Origin: Okamejei kenojei
Taxonomy: Eukaryota
Length of the DNA: 64,000 bases
Reading direction: 5' to 3'
NCBI GenBank assembly: GCA_035221665.1
Contig: CM069148.1
Coordinates: 26,102,001-26,166,000 of the forward strand
The notes under the pieces were generated by a model. That model saw only the letters and a list, made by a program, of their open reading frames with translations. It had not been told where the DNA came from and did not search any database. The position numbers and the translations under genes were made by a program. This document shows positions 26,004 to 38,908 of this stretch, one piece after another (the stretch's first letter is position 1; the number at the start of each line of letters is the position of its first letter).

Positions 26004-26115
26004 ATGGATGATGAAGACTCACTCCTACCACGGAAACTTCAGGCTGCTCTGGAGCAGGCTCTGGAGCAAAAGAATGAACTAGTCAATCAAGATTCAGACA
26101 GTGAATCAGATGATG
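26004..26115 (+). CDS. DENND2B: DENND2B coding exon
   Basis: ttag|ATG...GAT G|gtgag, 112 nt; MDDEDSLLPRKLQAALEQALEQKNELVNQDSDSESDD. Confidence 0.95.
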
Positions 26116-27197
26116 GTGAGAAAATAATGATTGCAAGTTTCTTACTGCAATTAAAAATATCACTATTCTAAATTCATTTTTTGTCATGCAGAAGCATAAA
26201 GATAATAATATCTAATTAAGCACTGTATTCAAGTGCAAAATAATCTTAAAGCAAACCATGTATTATTTGTATAGAATAAGCAAATGTCTCCCATCATTAT
26301 TATTAATAAAACATAAGTAATAATGTTGATTCTGACATAAATGACAATTAATATATAATTGCTTGCTTTCTCTTGCACCGTTGGTTCGTTGACACTCTAC
26401 AATGAAATAGAAAACAAACATGCTGATAAATAGATTATGTTTTCAGGATATTTAGTTCCTTTAAAATCTAAACAAGAACCTCTGACATTACACAAACCTG
26501 CAAGGCAGCACTTGGAATGACACCAAGAGGGGAGAATGTCCTGGATGTGTTTTAGCAGCCAGACATGGACAGTACAGGAATTTGAAGGGTGGAAGAGGGA
26601 GCAAGACTCAACAACAGCTGATGCATGAGTTGGAACGCCAAAGCACCAACGTTTGGCAGTGACACATTATAAGACACAAAATGCTGGAGCAGCTCTGCGG
26701 GACAGGCAGCATCTCTGGAGAGAAGGAATGGGTGCTGTTTTGTGTCGAGATCTTTCTTCAGATTGAGAGTCAGGGGAGAGGGAGTCTAGAGATATAGAAG
26801 GGTAAGGTGTGAAAACAATTGTTAGCTATGGGGAAGGCGACAACGCAGCATACAATCATTAATATTTTATCAGGAGGACAGTGAAACGTCGGAGAACTAG
26901 GATGGGTGAGGGAGGGAAAGCAATGGTTACGAAGTTAGATAAATCAATATTCATACTGCTGGGTTGTAAGCTGGCCAGGCAGGTCTTGATTAGTCTCTCC
27001 TAACGTGTCTTCTGTAGGTATTGTGAACGACAGGTGGCATGAACATAAAGATATGCCTCACAACCTTTAAAAATTGCTTTGCAGCTCTCACCTGTGCTGC
27101 AAAATCCAGCCACGGGGCAAGCAGAGAAAGGGAATAGAACTAGAGAAATTAGGTGACAAAACCAAAATAACCCTTTACGTTGTCCATCCTCCCTCAG

Positions 27198-27437
27198 AGT
27201 GCAACTCATTGAACAGTCTGGTGTCGGAAGCCTTCATTCGTTACTTTGTGGAAACTATAGGCCATTATTCATTGTTTTTGACCCAAAATGAGAGGAATGA
27301 ACGGATATTCCAGAGAGAAGCTTTCCGCAAGTCAGTGGCTTCCAAGAGTATCCGCCGTTTTCTTGAGGTCTTCATGGAGTCACAAATGTTTGCTGGATTC
27401 ATACAAGACCGAGAACTGCGAAAGTGCAGAGCTAAAG
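27198..27437 (+). CDS. DENND2B: DENND2B coding exon (dDENN region)
   Basis: ctcag|AG TGC...AAA G|gtaga, 240 nt; ECNSLNSLVSEAFIRYFVETIGHYSLF...SQMFAGFIQDRELRKCRAK. Confidence 0.95.
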
Positions 27438-27731
27438 GTAGAACTGAACTTTTGTGTTTTTGTGTTCTTATTACTGTTGGCAGATCAATTTCCCTTCTGG
27501 GATAAATAAAGTTCTATCATATCGTAAGCTCCAAGGGCACAATATCATCTCCGTGTACTTAAAGATCGCAGAGTTGCTTCTTTTAACCTATCAACAGCAA
27601 TGGTTTAATGCAAAATATGACAATATTGAAAATGTATCAGCTCAAATTGCAGCTCTGTTGAATGACCACTCTTTCACTGCAGTAATCAGAGCTCAAGGTG
27701 CTATTATTGAATAGAACCCAGGATTGGAAAC

Positions 27732-28745
27732 TGTGGCGGTCCCTGGGGGTTAGGCCACTCCTTGGGTCACCCCCCTCGGCTCTTGAGGGACAGGGACGAT
27801 TGTCTGGCCACGGGGTTTCCCGGGGGCTGCCCGCTGGCGTTCTGTGTGTTTGCCATGATTCATTACATGACTTCTGAACCTGCCTGGCATCTGGCCTTTT
27901 CCTGACCTCATCCAGGGCACTACAACTGGTGACCCCGACGTTCATCACTGTTGCGCTGAAGCTCCCGACTTTGTGGACCAAATAGCCTGATATCTGGTTC
28001 CAGTAGGCAGAGGCACAGTTTGCTCTGAGCGGGGAGTTCAACCCGCCGGCAGGGCCAGGTGGAGCAGCCTTCGGATGCTCTGCAACGTCTTAGGCAGACG
28101 GTGGGCAAACTGGCACCTGTGCCCACCTCTCATCGTGGGTCCTTCCGTCCGCACGTTCCCTCTGCTCTGGAGGACTGCCAGTTTGTCTTCCTGCGCAGGG
28201 ATGCTCACCGGACGCCCCTCCAGCGGCAGTACGAGGGTCCCTTCCGGGTCCTGGAACATGGCTCATCCACTTTCGTCCTGGACATGGGGGGTCAGTATGA
28301 GACTGTTTCAGTTGCGCGACTGAAGCCGGCGCATATTGACATTGATCGGCTGGTGCTGATAGCGCGGCCCCACAAGCCAGGGTGCCCTCTGTCTAGGGTA
28401 CCTCCTCCAGTGGCTACTCCATCCCCTGCATCTGTTGGTCCGTTGCCCGTTCCTGTGCCGGGCATGCGCGCACTCAGGCTGGTCACCGCGTGCGCCCTCC
28501 TGTCCGTTTTGTGCCTCTGGTTCTTGATACCAGGTGGGGGGGGGGGGGGTCCTGTGGCAGTCCCTGGGGGTTAGGCCACTCATTGGGTCACCCCCCTCGG
28601 CTCATGAGGGACAGGGACGATTGTCTGGCCACTGGGTTTCCCGGGGGCTGCTCGTGGGCGTTCTGTGTGTTTGCCATGATTCATTAAATAACTTCTGAAC
28701 CTGCTTGGCATCTGGCTTTTTCCTGACCTCATCCAGGCCACTACA
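27732..28745 (+). mobile_element. internally deleted Ty3/Gypsy LTR retrotransposon (1014 bp)
   Basis: 193-bp LTRs TG..CA at 27732-27924 and 28553-28745; TSD aaac; PBS TGGTGACCCCGACGT (tRNA-Trp) at 27927; gag remnant LKLPTLW..WF..AEAQF; integrase GPY/F tail YEGPFRV..VSVARLKPAH; G-rich PPT. Confidence 0.92.
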
Positions 28746-29422
28746 AAACCACAATTTATTGTATAAACTGGTAGTATTTAAGTCATCTGAAGTGCACCAA
28801 AATTTCTAATATAAATTGTCATTGCATTTCAAGTATTTAAAAAATCTCTCAAATCATTTGAGAATCTTTTTAAAAAAAAAGGTATCCTGCACTTATCTTT
28901 CTTGACACACGTGCACTCCGTAGCAGAGACTTGGGACAACTTCATTCTCTACCATTTCAAGTAGCAGGTACTTTCAATATTTGACCCAGTGAATAAAATA
29001 TAAATATTGGATGAATATTTCCTCAGCACACATTCTGGAACATCTGGATTTTTTCTGTAGCTTTGCACTGTTGCTAAGTTATAAACAATTGTTTATAAGA
29101 TATAAACAATTTACCGACAGAACTCACAGTGGATATGCATAATCCATGGCAATAAATATTGATTTGTAAGATCTTTTGAGACTCTAAATGTCTCAATGTT
29201 GATTCTTTTAGCAATAATTACAGCCTCCCAGGGATTGCAGACTTAAACATGGTAAACTAACTGGCAATTTAGTTTGACCAAACTCACAGTAGGAAATGTA
29301 CTTTATGTCACCAATTAAAATTTCAAATAGTGTTGATTTCTATTTTAGCAGTTGAAAGCGTGTAGACATTAAAGCCACATTTAAGGCCTCATTTAGTTGT
29401 TGTTTTATTCTCTCCTTTATAG

Positions 29423-29509
29423 GTCTATTTGAGCAGAGAGTTGAGCAATATTTGGAGGAGCTGCCTGACACAGAACAGAGTGGAGTGAACAAATTTCTGA
29501 AAGGCCTTG
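29423..29509 (+). CDS. DENND2B: DENND2B penultimate coding exon
   Basis: tatag|GT CTA...CTT G|gtgag, 87 nt; GLFEQRVEQYLEELPDTEQSGVNKFLKGL. Confidence 0.95.
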
Positions 29510-30713
29510 GTGAGTACCTTTGCATAGGATTTCTCAACTGCTAAGAGAACAGCAAATCTGATGGCTTAAATGACACCAGGACATGGCTACAAAATGGTTT
29601 AGGAGATCAATAAATGCAATAAAAACTGAGCAGCACCAAGAATAATTGATAATTCGAGTTGTACTGCCTGAAAAGATGATGGAAACATCTTTTATTGAAT
29701 AGAATCCAATTGTGCCTAATTTGACACATCCCAGACTTGCCAACACCCAACCCCAGAACTCTGTACTGGCCCAATTTTATTTTATATATATATATATATA
29801 TATATTGCCCAGTTGCTTTGATCTCATAATCAAGGCATCATTGTATACAGCTAAGGCACTGCTCTCAGAACACCCCATCTGAGATACAGCCTTGCCTCCT
29901 GTCAAAGTCTAATAGGTTTTTTAAATAGCTTAAAAAAAAACTATTACGCGTGTTTTAAATTATTAAATAATTTATTAAGACATCAATATGGAATTAAAGA
30001 CATTAAAAAAAAGTTTTAAAAAATAGCATTGACCTTTCTCCACTTTGGGGATCCCCATTCCAAATGATTGGGGATTCGGAACCTACACCAGATTTGGTTG
30101 TAGTAGGAAAGCAGAGCAGGATTTCCCATTCTAATACACAATCGGGAACGCAGCAATAGTGGAGTGAAATGTGCTGCTGTCTATCGTTCAGCTTGTCCCT
30201 ACTACTTACAACCAGTTGACCCCTGGTGGTTGCTTTCGGAATCATTAACCAGTCAGCTCAAATCTACCCAGTAATCATTTCTGGAGAGGATCTGGATAAA
30301 TACTTGAAGAAAAAAATATGTGCAAGGTTATGGCGATAAGAGAATGCAACTGATTGGCTGGCAGTTTTCAAGAGCCGGTACAGGTATGAAGTGAAGAATG
30401 GCCTCCTGTGTTGCATGATTCTATGAGGATATTCAGAATTTGAGCACCAGCTAGTAGTTAGACAGAGTGGGAAGGGATAGCAGAAAAGCATCCCAACCGC
30501 CTGTGCTCCCATGAAATGTTTACAAGGAAAACTAGGAACGGAAACAGACCAGTCACCCGCTCTTGACATCAGTTGAGAGAAGAACAAACAATGACATCAA
30601 CTTGTAAAATTTGCTGTACTCGGTAAAAGTCTGCAAATCATTTTTTTTTTCTTCAAAATTAATTGTTTTGTTTCCTGATTTACAATACTAATGAAACTTA
30701 ATGTGTCTTGCAG

Positions 30714-30748
30714 GAAATAAAATGAAATTCCTTCACAAGAAGAGTTAG
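30714..30748 (+). CDS. DENND2B: DENND2B last coding exon with stop
   Basis: tgcag|GA AAT...AGT TAG; GNKMKFLHKKS* matches the ST5 C-terminus; convergent arrangement with RPL27A is as in mammals. Confidence 0.93.
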
Positions 30749-30834
30749 TTGCATTTGTACTGAGTTCATGTCACAAGGACCACTGGCCATTGCACAACAG
30801 ACTCATTCGCCGACTCGTTTATGTTTTGGGGAAA

Positions 30835-30840
30835 AATAAA
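30835..30840 (+). terminator. candidate proximal poly(A) signal of DENND2B
   Basis: AATAAA about 87 nt after the stop; the 3'UTR may extend further (repeat-free sequence to about 31800). Confidence 0.4.
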
Positions 30841-33800
30841 TTCTGTCTTTACCATCTTCGTGAAATTTCAAAGACTGAACTAAGACAAGATCAGAGGATG
30901 ATCCGACGTGGAACAAGTACATTTAGCCATGCTCATCTTTCATGCGGATTGGATTATATATTGTAAATATATTTACTGTATTTTTATTGGTATTTTATTG
31001 TCTGGATGCAGCAGTCATTATCCTGAATATCTGTAACTAGTTGACTGCGACAGATTGTTGTGATGCCAGAGTGACTTATGACTTGAAGGATGAATGGTCT
31101 AACTGAGCATGTGCAAAAGATGCAGCGCGTGCTGGGAAACATTCTTCATATGATTTACAATTTGATTATTTTTCTGGTGTGAGTATGAAGAGAATGTACG
31201 ATTCTATCAACTTGGAAATATTTTGTCGCTGAACGCCATGAAAAACAATGAACTATCGTCTTTCCCCTTGCTGTAGCTGTGGAGTTGCGATTGTATCCAT
31301 TTTGGCTCTCTTTTCTGCATTTTGGAAACAAAATGTGATAAAATTACACTGAAAATACTTGGTACATGTTTTAATCTTGCTTGAAAATTCATAAGCTGCC
31401 ATAGAAAGAGGCGGGTGAATGAATCACCAACTGTTTTCCATTATGTTAAGCACTGCTAAAGCTGAGTGTAATGAGAAAGGTGCAGAGGCCTTCACTGTTC
31501 TGCCATTCTCAATGAGCATGACTGGGTAAGCCTTGCCATAGTTCTACGTATCGGTTTTCAAAAAAAAGAAACAATTATTACTTTTCTTAGCAATTGTTTG
31601 TCAGTTAGAAATATGACCTAAATTGCGGAATCTTTCTGAAGGCATTGTATATGTGGTGTTGGGATCAAGACATGTCAAAGATAAGCTAGCCCTCCCAGCA
31701 TTCCCAAATGAGGTAATAGTCTTCCTTTATGAGCTGTGGACATTAATGAGAATACCAGCATTTCTTGTTCAAATCTAATCTTTGACCAAATGGGTTGCTT
31801 TGGAGTGTCACAGAGTCATACAACACAGAAACAAGTATTTTGGTCCAACTCCTTCATGACAACTTAGATGCTCCATCTAAGCTACTTCCATTCCCCTGTG
31901 TTTGGTCCATATCCATCTAAACCTTTCCTATACCTGTACCTGTCCAAGTGTCTTTTAAACATTGTTACCACTACTCCCTGTGGCAGCTCATTCCAGAAAA
32001 CCACTACCCGAGTGAAAAAGTTGCTCCCCGGGTTCCTATTCCTTGCCCTTCTCACCTTAAACCTTTGTATTGTGTTTGTTGATTCCACTACCTTGGGTAC
32101 AAAATTTACCGTATCAAATCCCCTGATGCACCTCTATAAGATCACCCCTTTGCCTCCTACACACAAAGGAATAAAGTCCTAGCTTGCCCAATCGCTCCCT
32201 ACAGCTCTGGCCCTCAAGTCCTGGCAATATCATTTGGATGCAAGCTGTCAAACGCCTTAGGATGCAGCTCCTCGAGCATAATATGGACTCTCCTCAAGAC
32301 ATCTTAATTAACTATCCCCACATTTTATGCTTTCTTCACAGTAAACACAAAGGAGAAATACTCATCCCGTGTGGTACCTTACATAGATGACCGCATTAGT
32401 TTCTGAGGGGCTTATTTCCCTAATTACCCTTTTTCCCCCATAATGTACTTGTGAAATACAGAGTCATAGAGTCATACAGCATGGAAACAGTTCAGTTTTA
32501 GCTCAGAGCTTAGAGATGCAGCATGGAAGTAGGCCCTTCAGCCTACTGAGTCCACGTTGACCATCGCACACCTGTTCACACTAGTTATATGTTATCCCCT
32601 GTTCACAGCCACAACTTATTTATTAGGAGCAATTAGGACCTCTTCCTGCTAGTCATTCCTAGCTCAATACCTCCCAATGTATGCAAGGTTATGAAATACT
32701 TGGCCACCAAGCCCATGAAGCAAACTTAATCTACAAGAGATCTGACACCTTGCAGGTTAAAGAAACTCATTGGATTGGCACTGTGATAAATATTCACTTC
32801 CCTCCATCATTGGCTCATTATGTGTGCCACAGGTACCATCTACAAAATAGTCAGTCATACAGCATGGAAACAGGCCTTTTGGTCTGCAGCAGTCCCTGCC
32901 TCAACTACCACCTCTGGCAGTTCATTCCATACTCCCACCACTCTGTGTGAAAAGGTTACCCCTCAGATTCGCATTAAAATCTTTCCCCCTTCCCTTAAAC
33001 CTATGTCCTATGGTTGTCGATTCCCCTACTCTGGGCAAGTGACTCTGCCCAATATCCTCTCATGATTTTATACATCTCAATAAAATGCACTGCAGCAACT
33101 TCAATTCTTATCTCAAGCATGTAGGCACCACCATTTAGCAGGACAAAGGCAAAGCGTACAAGGGAACACTATCTCAACTTGCACACAATCCTGACTTGGA
33201 AATATTTCACAGTTCCTCAATTTCACTTGTTCTAAATTCTGGAACCCACTATCCCAATAACATTATGGAATTAACTTCACAACAGGCCTCAAAGATTCAG
33301 GAATGTAGCTCACCCAAAACTTATCAAAGGAATTTAGGGATTGACATAAATGTTGGTCTGGCCAATGATGATCCTATAAAATGAATGTATTGATAGGTGG
33401 AGAAACTCAGTGGTCAGGCAGCATCTGTGATGTGAAATGGACTGGCGATGTTTTGGAGAAAGGAGTGGGGGGCAATGAAGATCATGTTTGTTAGAGATAC
33501 AGGTGAGGAGGGGTTGATTGGCAGATGTCAGGTAAGGGAGAGAATTGAAGCCAAGATTGGAGATGATAAATGGAGACGACAAAATGGCGCAAAATGTGAG
33601 GAAAGAATATGGAGAATTAACTATAGAACCAGATGAAGGGATAATGGGTCGAAAGGAATGATGAGGGTTAAGTAAAATGGGAGACGTGGAGTGAGAGATG
33701 AGTGGTGGAGGAGGGGCAGGTAACTGGTTAACAGGGACAGGGAGCGGGGAAGGAAAGTGGGTGTTAGGACTGGATAGATGAGAAGGGAGTGGGTTGTGAA

Positions 33801-33934
33801 ATTGAAGAATTCAATGTACAGCCCCACTGGGTTGTAGCTTACCCAAGCAGAATATGAGGTGCTGTTCCAGTTTGTGAATCCTATGTCTAACATTTTTTAC
33901 GAAAGATGCCAGTATGTTGTGAGCCCAATGTATT

Positions 33935-34312
33935 GATAGCTCTACAACTTCAGTCAGAATGTTGTAGGGTGTAGTCCCACTCTCGAAACTGAAGCAGAAA
34001 AATCTAAGCCCTTGTTTAATGCACTATTGAGAGTCTCTTTGAGATGACACAATAAACTTAGACCTTTATTTGCTCTCTAAGGAAGAACCACAAGTTCCCA
34101 TAATACTATCTCCACGAGGAGGGACATTAGCTCCAATGTTCTGACAAATACTCGTTCCAACCAACAATATAGGATACAAGGTCATGCCACATTGCCAGGA
34201 GAACGTCATCTGCCAGCCTACAATAATGATTGCACTTCAGAAGTACTTTATTAGTTGAAATGAACTAACCAAGTCTGTAAAGGTCATATATAAAATGTAA
34301 GTGCTTCCTTTA
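33935..34312 (+). mobile_element. old Deu-domain SINE (SacSINE/AmnSINE-like) remnant
   Basis: tRNA-like head gtagtcccactc, Deu-like core, tail tgcacttcagaagtacttt...tataaaatgtaagt; recognised from memory, highly diverged. Confidence 0.5.
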
Positions 34313-36377
34313 TAAACTTTTATACAATTTTCTCTTCCTTGTTTCATTTTAGTTTCTGTGTTTTCTATTGAATAGATGTTTGTTCAAAACAGGAGAAAGG
34401 CAGAAGTCAGGGAACTTCACAGGTCAAATAACTTAGCAGTTATTGCAGGTCCACCATCAATATTGCGGCACACTTGGTTCCAGAGCCTTGCTGGATTATC
34501 CATTTTGCCAGACCAACAAGGGTCACAGCCTCGGGGGCTCGAAATACGAATTCAGTCATGGAAGTTGGAAATGGGAACAGATCTGCCAACTCTGGCCAGT
34601 CTGGAGTTCCAGAGCCCCAGTCACAGGGGGTAAATTCGACCCTGCCGATCTCCGCGGAAGTCCCGATGAGGTCAGGACCGGCAGCATCACCTGGCCTAGG
34701 CACCACATTTGGGGGTGGGGGGGACGGACGGGGACTTCAGGGGGAGATATCAAGAGTACTCTTGTTATTTTGTTCCTTTTTAAAGGTGCCAGACCTCCAG
34801 TTGCCAGAAAATCGGTAGTGGACCTGTATTACTGAGATATAAGAGTCAGTAATCAAAGAGGAAATCGTTAATCATTTAGGAAAGCTAATCATAATTAAAC
34901 ATAATTGACATTATTTTTTAAAAGGCAAATCATGCTTGATGAATTTACTTCACTTTTTTGAAGATATAAATGTGAGAATTGATAAAGGAAGCAGAGATGT
35001 CATGCATTTACATTTCCAAACGGCATGTGACATGGGTCTGAAAGGTAAATTAGAAGCCCATGGCATTGAAGGAAGAGTATTGGACTGGATTGATACTGCC
35101 TGACTCATAGAAATCAGAGTTTGAATAAGTAGGTCATTTTCATAATGGAAGGACTTAATTAGTGGAATACCACAGGAATAATTATTGGCCAAAGTAGTTC
35201 ACTATTTAATGCCCTAGAGGAAGGAACACTAACAAAGGTTTCCACATTTACCAATTACGTGAAAATGGGTGGAAGGTCAACATTGTGAAAAGTATACTGT
35301 GATTCTGCAATAGGATATAGATAGATTGAGTGAGAATGAAAACACAGGCAAATGGCATATAATGTTGGGAAGTATTACATCATGCATGCCAATAATCAAA
35401 GGTCGAATGGCATAATGAAGAGAGACTGGAATTCATAGAGTATCACAGCAGGGAAACAGGCCCTTTGGATCAACTTGTCGACCAACATGCCCCATCTAGG
35501 CTAGTCCCACCTGCTCATGTCCCCACATCCCTCTAAACTTTTCCCATCCAAGTACCTGTCCAAATGTATTTTAAATGTTGTTATTGTACCTGCCACAGTG
35601 ACCTCCTCTAGCAGATGAGTTTAATTTGGCATCCATATTTTGCAGTCCTTCATGACCAAAATTGACCCTTTGCTCCAACTATCCTATCTATCCGTGACAC
35701 CACTTTCAGGGAATCATGTACCTGCACTCCTAGATCCCTCTGCTCTACGACACTCCCGAGAGCCCTGACATTCACTGGGAAGGTCCTGCACAGGCTTGAC
35801 ATCCCAAAATGCAACAACTCACACTTCTCTGCATTAAACTTCATTAACCATTCTCAGCCCACGTGCCCAATTGACAGAATTTTTGTTAACCATCTTCACC
35901 ATCTACAATACCACCAACTTTAGTGCAGCAATGTTACAAAATTTTGAGATTTAAAAAATCAAGTCTGCAATTTATCCCATCAGATAAAGCATAAAAATAA
36001 GTTTAATTTGACACCTAATTCACTTTCATATCTTCAGTATTAAAAAGGCTATGGCCATTTTCATACTCGGAAATTAGCATCTTGTTCCCTATTGTTTTTC
36101 CATTGGCTTAACACAAAAGCTGTGATCGAGGACAGTCAAAAGCCCATAACTTTCTTAAAAATTAAGAGAACTGAATGAAACTACTATAGATTGAAGCATT
36201 CTGAAACAAATATAAAACCTATTACTTGGATGACCTGAAATTAAGACATATAATTAGTTAGTTACCTAATTGTAGCTAATGACAAAATTGACCGGAAATA
36301 GCAATAAACATCCAGACTGTCTTGAAAATTCACAAATGTGATATTCTCCAGATCAAAACTTTAACATTATAGTATTA

Positions 36378-38861
36378 ATAGACGAAGCGCAGACCCGTTG
36401 GGTCTGTTCCCCCATTGTGCGGTTGTGGAGGGGGGGGGGGGGGGCAGCACGTCGCTTCACACACACTAACTACCACCCCGCACACAAGCTAACTACCCCC
36501 TTGATATATTAATATTATTAATTTGCTCCTTTTACCCCATGACTGCCCTATCCACTGACGCATAGCCCCCAACTCGCAGGCGCGTCTGGGCGGGGGGGGG
36601 GGGGGGGGGGGGGGGGAGGGTTAGAGAATGAGGCAGAGAGAGAGAGTTGGGAGAGACAGAGAGGCAGAGACAAAAGGGCAAGAGACAGAGGGGTTGGGAG
36701 GGAGAGGGCAGATGGGGAGTGGGGAGGGGGGAGGGGAAGGGAGAGAGAGGGGGATGAGGATGGGGGGGGGGGAGGGTAAAGGAGGAGACAGGGGTAGGGG
36801 AAGGGGATGGTAGAGAGGGGTGGGGGGAGGGGAGGGGGAGGGAGTAGAGGAGAGGTGAGGGTGGGGGAGAAAAAGGGAGAGGGGGAGAGGGGGAGGGGAG
36901 AGAGGAGAGATGGAGAGAGAGTGGGAGGAGAGGAGGGGGGAGAGAGAGAGAGAAAGGGAGAGGGGTAGCAGGGAGAGGTGCAAGAGAGAGGGGAGGGGGC
37001 GATGGGGTGAAGAGGGGAAGAGGGGGTGGGAGAGGGGGAGGGGTGAGGAGAGAGGGAAATGGAGAGGGGGAAGGGGAGGAGAGGGAGGTGGGGGAGGGGG
37101 TGAGAGAGGGTCTGGGGAGGGGGTGAGGGAGAGGTGGGGGAAGGGGAAGAGAGGGAGGGAGGAGGGAGAGATGGGGAAGGGGAGAGGGGAAGAGTGGGGA
37201 GGGACAGGGAAAGGGGGGAGAGGAGAGGGGTGGGGGAGGGAGATTGGAGGGCTGGGGGATGGGGGAGAGATGAGTGGGGAGGGAGGGGTAGGGGGGGTGG
37301 TGGAAGAGAAGGGAGGGCGAGGGGGGTGGTGGGAGAGGGAGAGAGGGGTAGGGGAAAGGGGTGGGGGGATAGTGGAGGGGGAGAGAGGGTGGGGGGAGGG
37401 AGAGGGGTGGGGGAAGGGGGGGAGAGAAGTGGGAGCGTGGGGAGGGAGGGGTAGGGGGGTAGTGGTGGAAGAGGGAGAGAGGGGTAGGGAAAAAGGGATG
37501 GGGAGAGGGGAGGAAGGAAGGGAGAGAGGGGTGGGGGAGGGAGAGGGGTGGGGAGGGAGAAGGGGGGAGAGGTGAAAGAGTGGGAGGGAGGGGGAGGAGG
37601 GAGTTGGGGTAGGGAGGAAGGTGAGAGGAAGAGAGAGAGGGGGGGAGTGATGAGGATGGGGGAGTGGAGGAGAGCGAGTAAAGAGGGGGTTGACGGGTTG
37701 GGGATGGGGGTGGTAGAGGGGGAAGGGGGGAGGGTGGGTGAGGCGGGTAGCAGGGAGTGTGCAAGCTAGAGAGGGGAAGGGGTGGGTGGAGATGGGGGGG
37801 ATGGTGGGGGAGGGGAAGAGAGGGAGAGAGGGGGATAGTGTGGAGGGAGGGTGAGAGGGTAGGGTATGGGTAGGGAGAGACAGGGAAGAGTGTGTAGGGA
37901 GGGGGAGAGAGAGTGGAGAGCGAAGTGTAGGGGAGTGGGGAAGAGCGATGAGAGGTAGGGGGGAGTGGTGGAAGTGAGAGAGAGGTAGGGAGGGGGTAGA
38001 GGTGGAGGGGAGAGGGGAGGCGGGGGAGAGAGGGAGGGGGAGGAGGAGAGTGGGGAGGGAGAGGGTAAAGGAGAGAGATGGGGTGGGGAGGGAGATGGGG
38101 AGGGGGTGGGGATGTGAGGAGAGAGAAGTGGAAGAGTAGGGAGGGGGAGAAAGTAAGTGTAGGGGAGAGTGTGGGAGAAGGGGAGTGGTGGAAGAGGGGA
38201 TAAAGGTAGGGGAAAGGGGTTGGAGAGAGGCCCTGGAGGAAAGATGTGGCGGGAGAAGGGTGTGGGAAGGGGAGAGATGTGAAGAGTGGGAAGGGTAGGG
38301 GGAGAGGGGTGGGGGAGGGGAAGGGGGGGGGGGGGGAGGATGAAGGGTGGTGGGAGTGAGAGGGATGGGAGGTGGGAGGAGCAGGGTGCAAAGGCAGATG
38401 TAAATAAGATCCATTCCGATTGGACATCCGTGAGGGATGGCATTGTGACATCACACAATGGAACGTGCTGGAACATCAGGCGGGGAGGGGGGGCTGGGGC
38501 TGGTGCAAGGGCGGATGTAAATTAGATCCATTCCGATTGGACATCAGTGAGCATTGGGCATTGTGACATCACACGATGGAATGTTTACCAACATTCTATG
38601 GGTGAGAGCAGTTTGATTTTTTTAAGATTTTGAAATATGGGGGGGGGTGTGGATTTTATTAAAAATGTGTACGTAAAAATGTCTAAATGTAATGAGGAGT
38701 GCATTAGTGAATGTAAAAGCGTAATCTCTAGCAAAATGGAAAAAATGGCGGCGTTTGAGGGTCTGGTTTTGGCAGACCACGGAATCAAAGGGCGAAAATC
38801 TTATCCGAAGGAAAAAAATGGAATGTGACATACACCCACAAGACACACACCAGGTCGGCAG

Positions 38862-38892
<31 letters not shown>

Positions 38893-38908
38893 TTTAAAAG
38901 TATATAGA
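36378..38908 (-). mobile_element. non-autonomous Helitron
   Basis: minus strand 5' TC, 3' hairpin CAGACCC-aac-GGGTCTG (36390-36406) about 12 nt from a CTAT end (CTAG variant); inserted between A and T without TSD; host sequence rejoins as in copy C. Confidence 0.8.
36590..38390. repeat. 1.8-kb G/A-rich low-complexity tract inside the Helitron
   Basis: almost exclusively purines, with very many G3+ runs. Confidence 0.95.

Noticed and set aside
34376-34835. Cluster of overlapping short ORFs
   Set aside because: No recognisable domain or splice-consistent structure; likely a GC-richer repeat fragment
36532-38476. Long Pro/Ser/Leu-rich ORFs (640, 597, 236 aa) and the opposite-strand Gly/Glu/Arg ORFs
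   Set aside because: Artefact of a C/T-rich strand that rarely forms stop codons; open in several frames at once and located inside a Helitron
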